IMG/VR virus record: IMGVR_UViG_2832410175_000003
Location: 111,416-175,415 of that record
Reading direction: 5' to 3' (one strand)
Length of the DNA stretch: 64,000 nt
From: a virus
Taxonomy: Duplodnaviria; Caudoviricetes
Shown piece after piece: positions 1 to 7,852 of this stretch. How positions within the stretch are numbered: the first letter of the stretch is position 1; every line of letters begins with the position of its first letter. The translations under genes were made by a program, and so were the position numbers. Below the pieces are notes generated by a model. That model was not told the origin of the DNA and made no database searches. It worked only from the letters and a program-made list of their open reading frames with translations.

Positions 1-1
1 T

Positions 2-319
2 TATATCGACGGAATTACACTGTCTGGCGGTGACCCTCTGTTCCCGGGTAATCGTGGAGCGGTAACTCGCTTGCTCCAGACAATCCGTGAAGAGTTTCCG
101 GATAAAACCATTTGGCTGTATACTGGCTATTCGTATGAGCAGGTATGCACTTTACCTGCTGTGGAACTGGCCGATGTCCTTGTCGATGGAGAATATCTGG
201 AGACCAAAAGAGACGTAAACGCGCCGTGGGTCGGAAGTACCAACCAGCGCGTAATTGATATTAAAAAGACCGCGACGAGCGGGAAAATTACCTTGTGGGA
301 GGACAAACATTGTATTTAA
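2..319 (+). CDS. nrdG: Anaerobic ribonucleotide reductase activating protein, C-terminal part (5' truncated by window)
   Basis: Frame 2 reads YIDGITLSGGDPLFP...IWLYTGY...DVLVDG...GSTNQRVID. Confidence 0.9.
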   Translation, partial: YIDGITLSGGDPLFPGNRGAVTRLLQTIREEFPDKTIWLYTGYSYEQVCTLPAVELADVLVDGEYLETKRDVNAPWVGSTNQRVIDIKKTATSGKITLWEDKHCI

Positions 320-825
320 CCGTAGCAGAATTTGACACCGTGAGCTATCCGCAGTTCACGGCAGACGTAAAAAAATGCAACCCGCTCATTTCGGAGGGTT
401 GCATCGAAGATATGTGGCGCGACCTTGTTTTCCCTGATCGCGCGACTGAAGGCAGTGCAGGATATGACTTCCGCGTGCCGTATGACATTATCCTTGAACC
501 GGGTGAGTCGGCACTGATCCCGACCGGTATGCGCTGCCAGATCGAAGAAGGCTGGGTGCTGATGCTGTTCCCACGTTCCAGTATGGGCTTCAAGTACCGT
601 ATGCAGCTTGATAATGGCACAGGTATTGTGGACGGGGACTACATTTTCGCCGAGAACGAAGGTCACATCATGGCAAAGATTACGAACGACAGCCGCGAAG
701 GCAAGACAATGCACCTGCGAGCGGGTGACCGATTTATGCAGGGCGTGTTCGTTCCTTACGGCGTCACGGTTGATGACGAGCCAAGAGGGAAGAGAACCGG
801 CGGCCTCGGCTCCACTGGCAATTAA
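295..825 (+). CDS. dut: Trimeric dUTPase
   Basis: GSAGYD, PRSS, GIVDGDY and C-terminal RTGGLGSTG motifs; exact start uncertain. Confidence 0.92.
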   Translation: MGGQTLYLTVAEFDTVSYPQFTADVKKCNPLISEGCIEDMWRDLVFPDRATEGSAGYDFRVPYDIILEPGESALIPTGMRCQIEEGWVLMLFPRSSMGFKYRMQLDNGTGIVDGDYIFAENEGHIMAKITNDSREGKTMHLRAGDRFMQGVFVPYGVTVDDEPRGKRTGGLGSTGN

Positions 826-857
826 AAAGAGACGTCGAGGTACCTTCTCAACGTCTC
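824..857 (-). terminator. Intrinsic terminator of the 31-aa peptide gene (possibly bidirectional)
   Basis: GAGACGTCGAG/CTCAACGTCTC stem with an A5 run on the left. Confidence 0.65.
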
Positions 858-869
858 GGTGGCAGCCAG

Positions 870-965
870 TTACTTGTTGCCAAAGAACTTTCGCTCAATC
901 CAGAACCATGCACCCGCCGAAGCGATGCCGATTATGAACTGAACTACCATTAGTTGCAGTGACAT
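870..965 (-). CDS. 31-aa hydrophobic peptide, type I toxin-like
   Basis: MSLQLMVVQFIIGIASAGAWFWIERKFFGNK; strong SD AAAGGAGG; own promoter and terminator; below the ORF-track cutoff. Confidence 0.7.
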   Translation of the reverse strand: MSLQLMVVQFIIGIASAGAWFWIERKFFGNK

Positions 966-1030
966 GAGTTTCCTCCTTTCGAAAAAGGAGAATAGCAAAT
1001 TGATCCGTATTACCAAAGGCCACCAACGGC

Positions 1031-1060
1031 ATTATACTGCAGTGGATAGCGAATAGTCAA
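1031..1060 (-). promoter_or_regulatory. Sigma-A promoter of the 31-aa peptide gene
   Basis: TTGACT-18 bp-TATAAT on the minus strand. Confidence 0.6.
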
Positions 1061-1149
1061 ATAAAAAGAGCCGGCTCACTAACAATTACAACAACGTGCT
1101 CGCGACTGCCTTAAAGATCGCAAACAACAAAGAACAGCGATTCAAGAAG

Positions 1150-1174
1150 AAAAAAGGAGCGGCTTTGCCGCTCC
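1150..1174 (-). terminator. Intrinsic terminator of the 36-aa peptide gene
   Basis: GGAGCGGC/GCCGCTCC perfect stem with a U-tract on the minus strand. Confidence 0.7.
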
Positions 1175-1190
1175 AAGCACCGAAGAGACT

Positions 1191-1301
1191 TCAGGTAAGC
1201 TGTTCAATGAAGAATTTCAGCGCGCCCCAAAGGGCGGCCGCAAGCACTCCATACGCTACCGTAGCAGCGGAACAGCAAACTTTAGATCGAAAGTCTCTCA
1301 T
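1191..1301 (-). CDS. 36-aa hydrophobic peptide, possibly type I toxin-like
   Basis: MRDFRSKVCCSAATVAYGVLAAALWGALKFFIEQLT; SD AAGGAGG; own promoter and terminator. Confidence 0.6.
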   Translation of the reverse strand: MRDFRSKVCCSAATVAYGVLAAALWGALKFFIEQLT

Positions 1302-1394
1302 AGTAACCTCCTTTTACAGAAGGCGACGCAGTCGAGTAGGTAAGAGACTGCGAAAATCCGCCGAATTGCGGGTGATTCTGGTGGTGCAATACCA

Positions 1395-1423
1395 ATCATA
1401 CCGCGTTTTCTAAAATTCGTCAA
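1395..1423 (-). promoter_or_regulatory. Sigma-A promoter of the 36-aa peptide gene
   Basis: TTGACG-17 bp-TATGAT on the minus strand. Confidence 0.6.
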
Positions 1424-1439
1424 GGTTCGCTGTATCCGT

Positions 1440-1467
1440 AAAAAAAAGGCACCCGAAAAGGGTGCCT
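1440..1467 (-). terminator. Intrinsic terminator
   Basis: AGGCACCC/GGGTGCCT stem with an A-run on the left. Confidence 0.7.
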
Positions 1468-1757
1468 CACCTATTGGGATGGATATACCACACGCCCTCG
1501 GGCGTTTTCCAAACCTTCGTCCGATGATTGCCGATTTTAACCCCGTACTCGGTAGCACGAAGGTCTTTATTGAACATGCAGCCGGTGACGAGACGTATAC
1601 GATAGCCTTTGTTGAGATAGCTTATCAGCTCTGGTTGTGATGTGTGCGGATTGAGTGTCACACTAACTTCGGCAAACCCTGCGCGCTGTTCAATCGGCGG
1701 CAGAGTAACCGGAGAATACTTTGCATATGCGGCGTTGCCGCTGATGGGGTCGTACAT
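1467..1757 (-). CDS. Hypothetical 96-aa protein, probably SOS-regulated
   Basis: ORF with SD GAGGTG, a promoter containing a LexA box, and a terminator. Confidence 0.7.
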   Translation of the reverse strand: MYDPISGNAAYAKYSPVTLPPIEQRAGFAEVSVTLNPHTSQPELISYLNKGYRIRLVTGCMFNKDLRATEYGVKIGNHRTKVWKTPEGVWYIHPNR

Positions 1758-1774
1758 AGTATCACCTCAAACCC

Positions 1775-1803
1775 ATTATAGAACAAATGTTCGATAAAAT
1801 CAA
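1775..1803 (-). promoter_or_regulatory. Sigma-A promoter with a Firmicutes LexA (Cheo) box in the spacer
   Basis: TTGATT-17 bp-TATAAT; CGAACATTTGTTCT at 1780-1793 fits GAAC-N4-GTTC. Confidence 0.75.
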
Positions 1804-1904
1804 GCGTACAATTAAATAAAGGTTTAGGGCGCTTCGCACCCCATTTTTTTCGAATTATTGTAAACCTTATAAAAGTATGCTATTATAAAGAAAGGTTCTA
1901 ATAG

Positions 1905-2111
1905 ATGAAAACTTATAAATTGCTGACTGCCGATGAAGTGTCCAAGTCATTAGGCGTTTCGGTGTCCTATGCTTATAAGATTATCCGCCAGTTGAATGAT
2001 GAACTTCAAAATCAAGGGTATCTTACAATACATGGGAAAATCGATTCGTCATATTTTCAGAAGCGGTTCTTCCCCTCTTTTGGGAAGGAGGATATTTATG
2101 CCTCAGTATAA
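1905..2111 (+). CDS. Excisionase-like HTH protein
   Basis: LTADEVSKSLGVSVSYAYKIIR HTH directly before the integrase; promoter TTGTAA-17-TATTAT at 1858-1886. Confidence 0.75.
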   Translation: MKTYKLLTADEVSKSLGVSVSYAYKIIRQLNDELQNQGYLTIHGKIDSSYFQKRFFPSFGKEDIYASV

Positions 2112-3207
2112 GTACACTACAAAAAAAGGAGTGAAGTGGTACTCAAAGTTCAACTATCTCGATGCTCAAACTAATAAGTTTGTAACTACGCTGAAACGCG
2201 GATTTTCATCAAAACGAGAGGCGAGAGCGTTTGAAGAAAATTTTTTGGATGAACTAGATTCTCAGTCTCAGTCTTCGACAACGCATACCATAACGGATAT
2301 TTATAACGAATATCTTTCTTCGTTTAAGCGTTCGGATATGAAACAGTCTACTCTGCAGACCAAACACAACATATTTGCCAGCTATATCGCTCCGTATTTT
2401 GAAGGCATCCCAGTTGAAGAAATTACAGCCGCAGACATCGCCGCATGGCAGAAAAATGTCAAGGAAACAAAAAAGTCAAACGGTCAGCCGCTTTCTCCGG
2501 CTTATCTGCGAACGGTACAATCTCAGCTCAACGCTTTGATAAACTATGCAAGTGGCAAAGGGTATATTTCTATCAACCCTCTGGTTGACATCAAGAACAT
2601 GGGAGTGAAAGGTAGACGACTTCTTTTCTGGAGTTACGAAGAATATGAAAAGTTTGCATATGAAGCTATGAATTTTCCAACTTACTATTATGCTTATGAA
2701 GTCTTATATTGGTGCGGCATTCGAGAAGGCGAATTACTCGCTCTCACGCGCGAAGATATAGACTTAGACAATCAAACGATTCGCATCAATAAGACATATA
2801 GCCGAGTTGGGCGAAAAGACATTATCACAACTCCTAAAACACAAAGCTCCGTAAGAACGATTAGCATTCCTCGATTTCTTTGTGATGAATTGACGGAATA
2901 CTTTGCAATGAAGTATGATTTAACGCCAGACCAGCGTATCTTTGTTTTTACAAAGCACGGATTATCGAGCAATTTCCATTCTTTGATTGCAAAAGCTAAT
3001 GTCCCAGATATGCCAATCCACGGATTGAGACATTCTCATGTGTCCCTTCTTATCAGTAAACAATATAACATTTTTGAAATTTCAAAACGTATTGGCCATA
3101 AATCCATCAGTACAACACAAGATATTTACGGCCATTTGTTTGACAATGTTCAAAAAGCTATTGCGGACGATCTCAATTCAATGAGGAGTGTTAGAACGGA
3201 TGTCTAA
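2098..3207 (+). CDS. int: Tyrosine integrase
   Basis: N-terminal arm-binding KRGF motif; GIREGELLAL, HGLRHSH, RIGH and TQDIYGH catalytic motifs; start placed at ATG after AAGGAGG. Confidence 0.95.
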   Translation: MPQYKYTTKKGVKWYSKFNYLDAQTNKFVTTLKRGFSSKREARAFEENFLDELDSQSQSSTTHTITDIYNEYLSSFKRSDMKQSTLQTKHNIFASYIAPYFEGIPVEEITAADIAAWQKNVKETKKSNGQPLSPAYLRTVQSQLNALINYASGKGYISINPLVDIKNMGVKGRRLLFWSYEEYEKFAYEAMNFPTYYYAYEVLYWCGIREGELLALTREDIDLDNQTIRINKTYSRVGRKDIITTPKTQSSVRTISIPRFLCDELTEYFAMKYDLTPDQRIFVFTKHGLSSNFHSLIAKANVPDMPIHGLRHSHVSLLISKQYNIFEISKRIGHKSISTTQDIYGHLFDNVQKAIADDLNSMRSVRTDV

Positions 3208-3532
3208 GAAAAACTGCGATAGAGACGGTCGCGTGAGGACAAAAACATGTGCGTTTCGCGTTTCACCCAAAGAATATGAACAGATCGAACTAGCTGTTTC
3301 TCTCAGTGGAATGATGAAACAAGATTACCTTCTAAATAAGGCGCTTGATCGGCAATTTGTCATCCAAGGTAATTGTAAGGTTCACCGAGCTGTTTGCGAT
3401 AGACTCGACGCTTTGTTGGTGAAGCTACAAGCATTAAACGACCTGAACGGATACAATGACTATTTATCCGCTGATATAAAAATGATTGCTCAGCTAATAA
3501 AGCAACTGTATTCGTCGGGCGACAGTGAATAA
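3200..3532 (+). CDS. MobC-like / ribbon-helix-helix protein
   Basis: RTKTCAFRVSPKEYEQIE...SGMMKQDYL pattern. Confidence 0.6.
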   Translation: MSKKNCDRDGRVRTKTCAFRVSPKEYEQIELAVSLSGMMKQDYLLNKALDRQFVIQGNCKVHRAVCDRLDALLVKLQALNDLNGYNDYLSADIKMIAQLIKQLYSSGDSE

Positions 3533-3540
3533 CTTCTTCT

Positions 3541-3675
3541 TTTTTGATACATTTTTTGATACAAAAAAATGTGTACTCAGAATAACATGGATAATACAAA
3601 TAATATACCACAAAATATAGAATATATGTGCGTATGGACACCACAAGATATATTCTTGAAATTGAGTGGGAATAA
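3541..3675. repeat. Putative attR: arm-type repeats plus guaA-like core
   Basis: TTTTTGATACA twice (3541-3563), ACCACAANATATA twice, core ATTGAGTGGGAATAA. Confidence 0.6.
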
Positions 3676-3771
3676 TCTTCTCTGGCTAACATCTTGAAAA
3701 CGCAAAAAAATTTTTGCAACACTTTTGTAACACGTTAGTAATTTTCGAATACGAAACATCCTAAAAAATTG

Positions 3772-3815
3772 GCCGCCAACTCGCTTGCCCATTCCGAGTT
3801 GGCGGCTTCTTTTTT
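3772..3815 (+). terminator. Intrinsic terminator (probably the displaced host terminator)
   Basis: 12-bp stem GCCGCCAACTCG/CGAGTTGGCGGC followed by a T-tract. Confidence 0.75.
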
Positions 3816-4193
3816 GTGTTAATGTGTATACACACAGTCAAATTATTATACAGACGAGTGAGATCCCGTCAAGATTTATGCGAAAAATTATTTGCAGACT
3901 CGATAAGGTACAATAAGTTACGCAAACTAAAAAGATAGCGTATAATCAAGTTCGCAAAAGCAAATAGGCAATAGCCAAGCCATCAGGGCTCTTGTAAAAT
4001 GAGATAGTTGTCGAAAAAAACATGATGTAAAGGAGAGACCCTAATGGCTCACAAAAAGAATACCACAAATCTGACAGAATTGCTACTGCAATGTGTGACG
4101 CGGTCATCCAGGCAGGGATTGCTGCACTATGCTGTTATGAGAATGCAATATATATATTGAAGAAAAAGTACAGCGGTTTGCAAAGCAAGCAGC

Positions 4194-5700
4194 GGGACTA
4201 TCCCGAATTCTGTGTAACCGCCCAAATGCGGTATAAAATAGAACTTATATTTCAAGGCGGGAGCGGCGTTGGCTGCGCCCGCCTTGTTTACAACATAACG
4301 CCGACATGGGCGGAAGTCAAGGGACACCCTCGTCCATTGGAGCCTCGCCGGCGGCGTAGCGCCCCTTGACCTTCGAGCCGGGTTGTTAATCAGGCATCCG
4401 ATCCTCAAAATAGATTGCCAGCTGGGCATGAATCATACTCCAGTCCTGTCTGTGGCCGGTCCACTTCCGGGTAATATCCATCATCGCCAGATACAGCATC
4501 TTAAACAGGCTGTCATCGGTCGGAAATACAGATTTTGCTTTTGTCACTTTGCGAAGCTGACGGTTGAAGCCTTCGATAGTGTTGGTCGTATAGATCAGCC
4601 GCCGAAGTTCTTGAGGAAACTTAAAATAAGTGCTGAGATTTGCCCAGTTATCCCTCCATGACTGAGAAATCTTAGGATACTTCTTGCCCCAGTGTTCTGC
4701 AAACGTGTCTAACGCGTCCAAAGCAGCCGGTTCATCTACCGCTGCGTAGACTGCTTTCAAGTCAGCCATAAGTGCCTTCAAATCCTTGTAGGAGACATAT
4801 TTGCTGGAATTTCGAATCTGGTGAATAATGCGGTTTTGAATCTCAGTTTTAGGGAAAACTGCCTCAATCGCCGCAGAAAACCGGTCAAATTATCCGTACA
4901 GGCAATGAAAACATCCTCGACACCCCGATTTTTCAGGCTGTTCCGTACGGTAGCCCAGAATTTCACACTTTCGTTCTCGCCAACCCACATACCGAGAACA
5001 TCCTTATGCCCGTCCAGATCAATGCCGATCGCGATATAAACGGCCTTCTTCACGATATATCCCTCACTGCGTACATGATAGTGAATCGCATCCAGGAAAA
5101 CAACCGCATAAATGGACTCCAGCGGCCTCTGCTGCCACTCTTTCGCTACGGGAAGGTTTGGAAGGTTTTATCTGTGATACGGCTTACTGTGGTATCAGAG
5201 ACATCTACGCCGTAAATATCCTGAATATGTGCTTCGATATCGCTGGTCGTCATGCCCTTGCATACATCGACAGGATCTTCTCCTCGATGTCCTGGCTGAC
5301 GCTGGTCTGATTTTTCCGCAGCACCTTGGGTTCGAATTCGCTCTTGCGATCCCACGGCACAGATACCTCTACATCGTCAAAACTGGTGCGCAGGGTTTTG
5401 ATGCTGTGCCCGTTCCGGCTGTTATCCGTGTCCTTGTTCTTGTAGTCATACCGGCTGTAGCCCAGCTGATCGTCCAGCTCGGCCTCCAGACCGTTTTCCA
5501 TGAACTCCGCGATAGTGTCATTGAACAGTTCCTGAATGTCATCCATGCTGCCTACATTCGCCAGCTGCAGCAACTCACGAATTTTTCACGACGTGTGTTT
5601 TCTTCTGGGGTTTTTCCCTTCTTGCCATTGTGATTACCTCCGTCATCCTACTTCTATTCTACACCTTGTTGGAGGTTTACACAAAGTTTGGGATGGAGTC
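4194..5700 (-). mobile_element. IS256-family insertion sequence, degenerate
   Basis: Imperfect terminal IRs GGGACTATCCCGAATTCTGTGTAA and GACTCCATCCCAAACTTTGTGTAA around transposase fragments. Confidence 0.85.
4386..5628 (-). pseudogene. IS256 transposase broken by several frameshifts
   Basis: Fragments NSRNGHSIKTL, GMTTSDIEAHI, KAVYIAIGIDLDGHKDVLG and IYTTNTIEGFNRQLRK lie in separate ORFs. Confidence 0.9.
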
Positions 5701-5797
5701 ACAACAGCAGATAAAACTTGGCAGTTCCGCCTAAATTTTCGGCAGCACTACCAATTTTTACTTTGCAATTTCGGTGATACTGCCAGATGCTCTGTGC

Positions 5798-5827
5798 TTG
5801 ACATTAACCGATCCGTTGCGTTATAAT
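5798..5827 (+). promoter_or_regulatory. tRNA promoter
   Basis: TTGACA-18 bp-TATAAT. Confidence 0.75.
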
Positions 5828-5854
5828 TTTTATGCAAAGTTTATTAGCCGAATC

Positions 5855-5930
5855 GGGGGCGTAGCTCAGCTGGGAGAGCGTTTGACTGGCAGTCAAGAGG
5901 TCATGGGTTCGATCCCCACCGTCTCCACCA
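5855..5930 (+). tRNA. tRNA-Ala (GGC)
   Basis: 76-nt cloverleaf, anticodon loop CTGGCAG, G3:U70 pair, TTCGA T-loop, encoded CCA. Confidence 0.97.
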
Positions 5931-5957
5931 AAATGTGTTGATGAAAGATGCAACGCC

Positions 5958-5987
5958 GAAAACGCCGCACGAAAGTGCGGCGTTTTC
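5958..5987 (+). terminator. Hairpin/terminator after the tRNA
   Basis: 13-bp perfect stem GAAAACGCCGCAC/GTGCGGCGTTTTC. Confidence 0.7.
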
Positions 5988-6324
5988 GCATATAATGTGC
6001 CACTTTTGGAATGAAAAAGTTGCAAAAACTCGATTTTTCAAAATTTCAGTTTTCCCCCGCGAGAGGCGACATTTCAGAGATGCAGCCGGTCGTTTTTATG
6101 GACTGGTGTAACTCGAACACCGAGGCTTAAAAAAGAATAAAGAATAAGAAGGCAGGCCGCCGTTCGGCTCCCTATGTGGGAGCGGACGGCGGCCTTTTTC
6201 GTCTCATTGGTGCTTATGTTGCTTTCGCTTCGTTTGTCTGCCATTCCTTGGTGGTGTTGGTAATAGCTTTCTCGTAACCTTTCGAGTATGCTTGCGTTAC
6301 AAAAAACGAAGGAGGTATCCGAGA

Positions 6325-6756
6325 ATGGCAACTACCAAAAACTTGTGTGCTCAGATTCCCATCGACCTACATGAGCGGGTCAGCGAAGAACGGGAACGGC
6401 TGGGCCAGACCACCAGCGAGTACATCGCCAACCTCATCCAAGGCTATTACAACATGATGGAAAATCAGAAAGGCGGCATTCAAATGACTGAAAAAGGCAG
6501 AACCATGGCATTCCAGATTCCCGAAGAACTCTTCCAGCGCATCAAGCGTCACTTGGAGCGCGAGATGCTCCGCAGCGGCAAAAAGCTCACTCAGCGAGAC
6601 TTCGTGCTGAACCTGATCACGCAGGCGCTGGACGAAGCGGACGCTGAGAACGCCGCAGAGCAGAACGCCCCCACTGAGCCCCCTGTCGCGCCCCATGTGG
6701 CCGACGTGATCACTCCAGCGGACACGGACACCCCCAACGAAGATAACGCCGTGTAA
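6325..6756 (+). CDS. Tandem ribbon-helix-helix-like DNA-binding protein
   Basis: KNLCAQIPIDLH and RTMAFQIPEELF repeats; SD AAGGAGG. Confidence 0.65.
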   Translation: MATTKNLCAQIPIDLHERVSEERERLGQTTSEYIANLIQGYYNMMENQKGGIQMTEKGRTMAFQIPEELFQRIKRHLEREMLRSGKKLTQRDFVLNLITQALDEADAENAAEQNAPTEPPVAPHVADVITPADTDTPNEDNAV

Positions 6757-6797
6757 GCCTGCAAACGCCGAAGTAAAAAAACGAATCATACATGGAG

Positions 6798-6846
6798 AAA
6801 GCCGCCCTGGGCATCTGAGATCATCAGATGCCCAGGGCGGCTTTTT
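6798..6846 (+). terminator. Long perfect hairpin terminator
   Basis: 21-bp inverted repeat followed by a T-run. Confidence 0.75.
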
Positions 6847-6879
6847 GCGTTTCATCAAAGAAAGAAGGAGGCACACATC

Positions 6880-7797
6880 ATGGCAAGCGAGATCAGAAAT
6901 CGCTTCACAGACACAGAAATGCAGATCGCCAGAGAGACGGACCTGCCAGAGCTGCTCTCCCACCTCGGCTATCAGGTCAAGCGCGTGGGACGCTTCCATA
7001 CTACCGCGGAGATGGACAGCCTGCGGATCAAGGACCGGCGTACCTGGTTCCGGTATTCCCAGAATACCGGCGGGGATGCCATCACCTTTCTCCAGCAGTT
7101 TTGCGGAAAATCCTTTCCGGAAGCGGTGGAGTACCTGCTGACCTTCCACGGGAAAGCCAGAGACGCACCCGCTCCACAGCCAAAGTCAATCAGCCAGAAG
7201 CAGGCGCTTTCCCTGCCGCCCCGCAATGCGGATGACAGAAGGGTCTTCGCCTATCTCCGTAAGCGGGGTATCGCTGCCCAGGTGATCCGACAATTTCTGA
7301 ATGCCGGTCTGCTGTATGAGGATGCGGTACATCATAACTGCGTCTTCGTCGGCAGAGATGAGTCCGGACAGGCAAAGTTCGCGGGGCTGCGCGGCACCTA
7401 TGATCTGGACAGCCCCGGCTTCAAGGGGGATGCACCCGGCAGCGACAAAAGCACAGGCTTCTCCCTCCCGCACGATCCGCGGTCAGATCTGGTGCGTGTT
7501 TTTGAAGCGCCCATCGACCTGATGAGTTACCTCACGCTCCATAGAGACGCAACCAACGCCGTTGCTCTGTGCGGGCTCTATGACGGCGCACTGCAGACCT
7601 ATTTGCAGGCGCATCCGGAGATCCGCCGTATTGCACTGTGTCTGGACGCGGACGAGCCTGGGCAGAAAGCCGCTCGGCAATTACAGGAAAAGTATCAGTT
7701 ACAGGGGTATGCCGTTGTCGTGGAGAAACCGCGCTGCGGCAAGGATTGGAACGAGTATCTGCAAAGAAAGATTTGCAGCCGGGAAAGGGGGCGATAG
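6880..7797 (+). CDS. DUF3991/TOPRIM primase-like protein
   Basis: VFEAPIDLMSY, LCLDADEPG and KDWNEYL TOPRIM motifs. Confidence 0.85.
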   Translation: MASEIRNRFTDTEMQIARETDLPELLSHLGYQVKRVGRFHTTAEMDSLRIKDRRTWFRYSQNTGGDAITFLQQFCGKSFPEAVEYLLTFHGKARDAPAPQPKSISQKQALSLPPRNADDRRVFAYLRKRGIAAQVIRQFLNAGLLYEDAVHHNCVFVGRDESGQAKFAGLRGTYDLDSPGFKGDAPGSDKSTGFSLPHDPRSDLVRVFEAPIDLMSYLTLHRDATNAVALCGLYDGALQTYLQAHPEIRRIALCLDADEPGQKAARQLQEKYQLQGYAVVVEKPRCGKDWNEYLQRKICSRERGR

Positions 7798-7852
7798 CCA
7801 AAAGAACAGCATTTTCAACGCGGATAAAAAACAAAAAATATAAGGAGGATCT

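Larger units (their letters stand above)
1..3675. mobile_element. Right end of an integrated phage-like element (runs off the left edge), ending at a guaA-like att site
   Basis: nrdG and dUTPase, xis-int pair, and ATTGAGTGGGAATAA (IEWE-stop) at 3661-3675 without the rest of a guaA gene. Confidence 0.65.

Noticed and set aside
1096-1413. 105-aa plus-strand ORF
   Set aside because: Crosses a terminator and the better supported minus-strand peptide gene; no SD
3763-3872. Short minus-strand sRNA from TTGACG-16-TATAAT into the hairpin
   Set aside because: Suboptimal spacing, and the transcript would be little more than the terminator
4186-5708. Target-site duplication for the IS256
   Set aside because: Flanks CAAGCAGC and ACAACAGC match only partly
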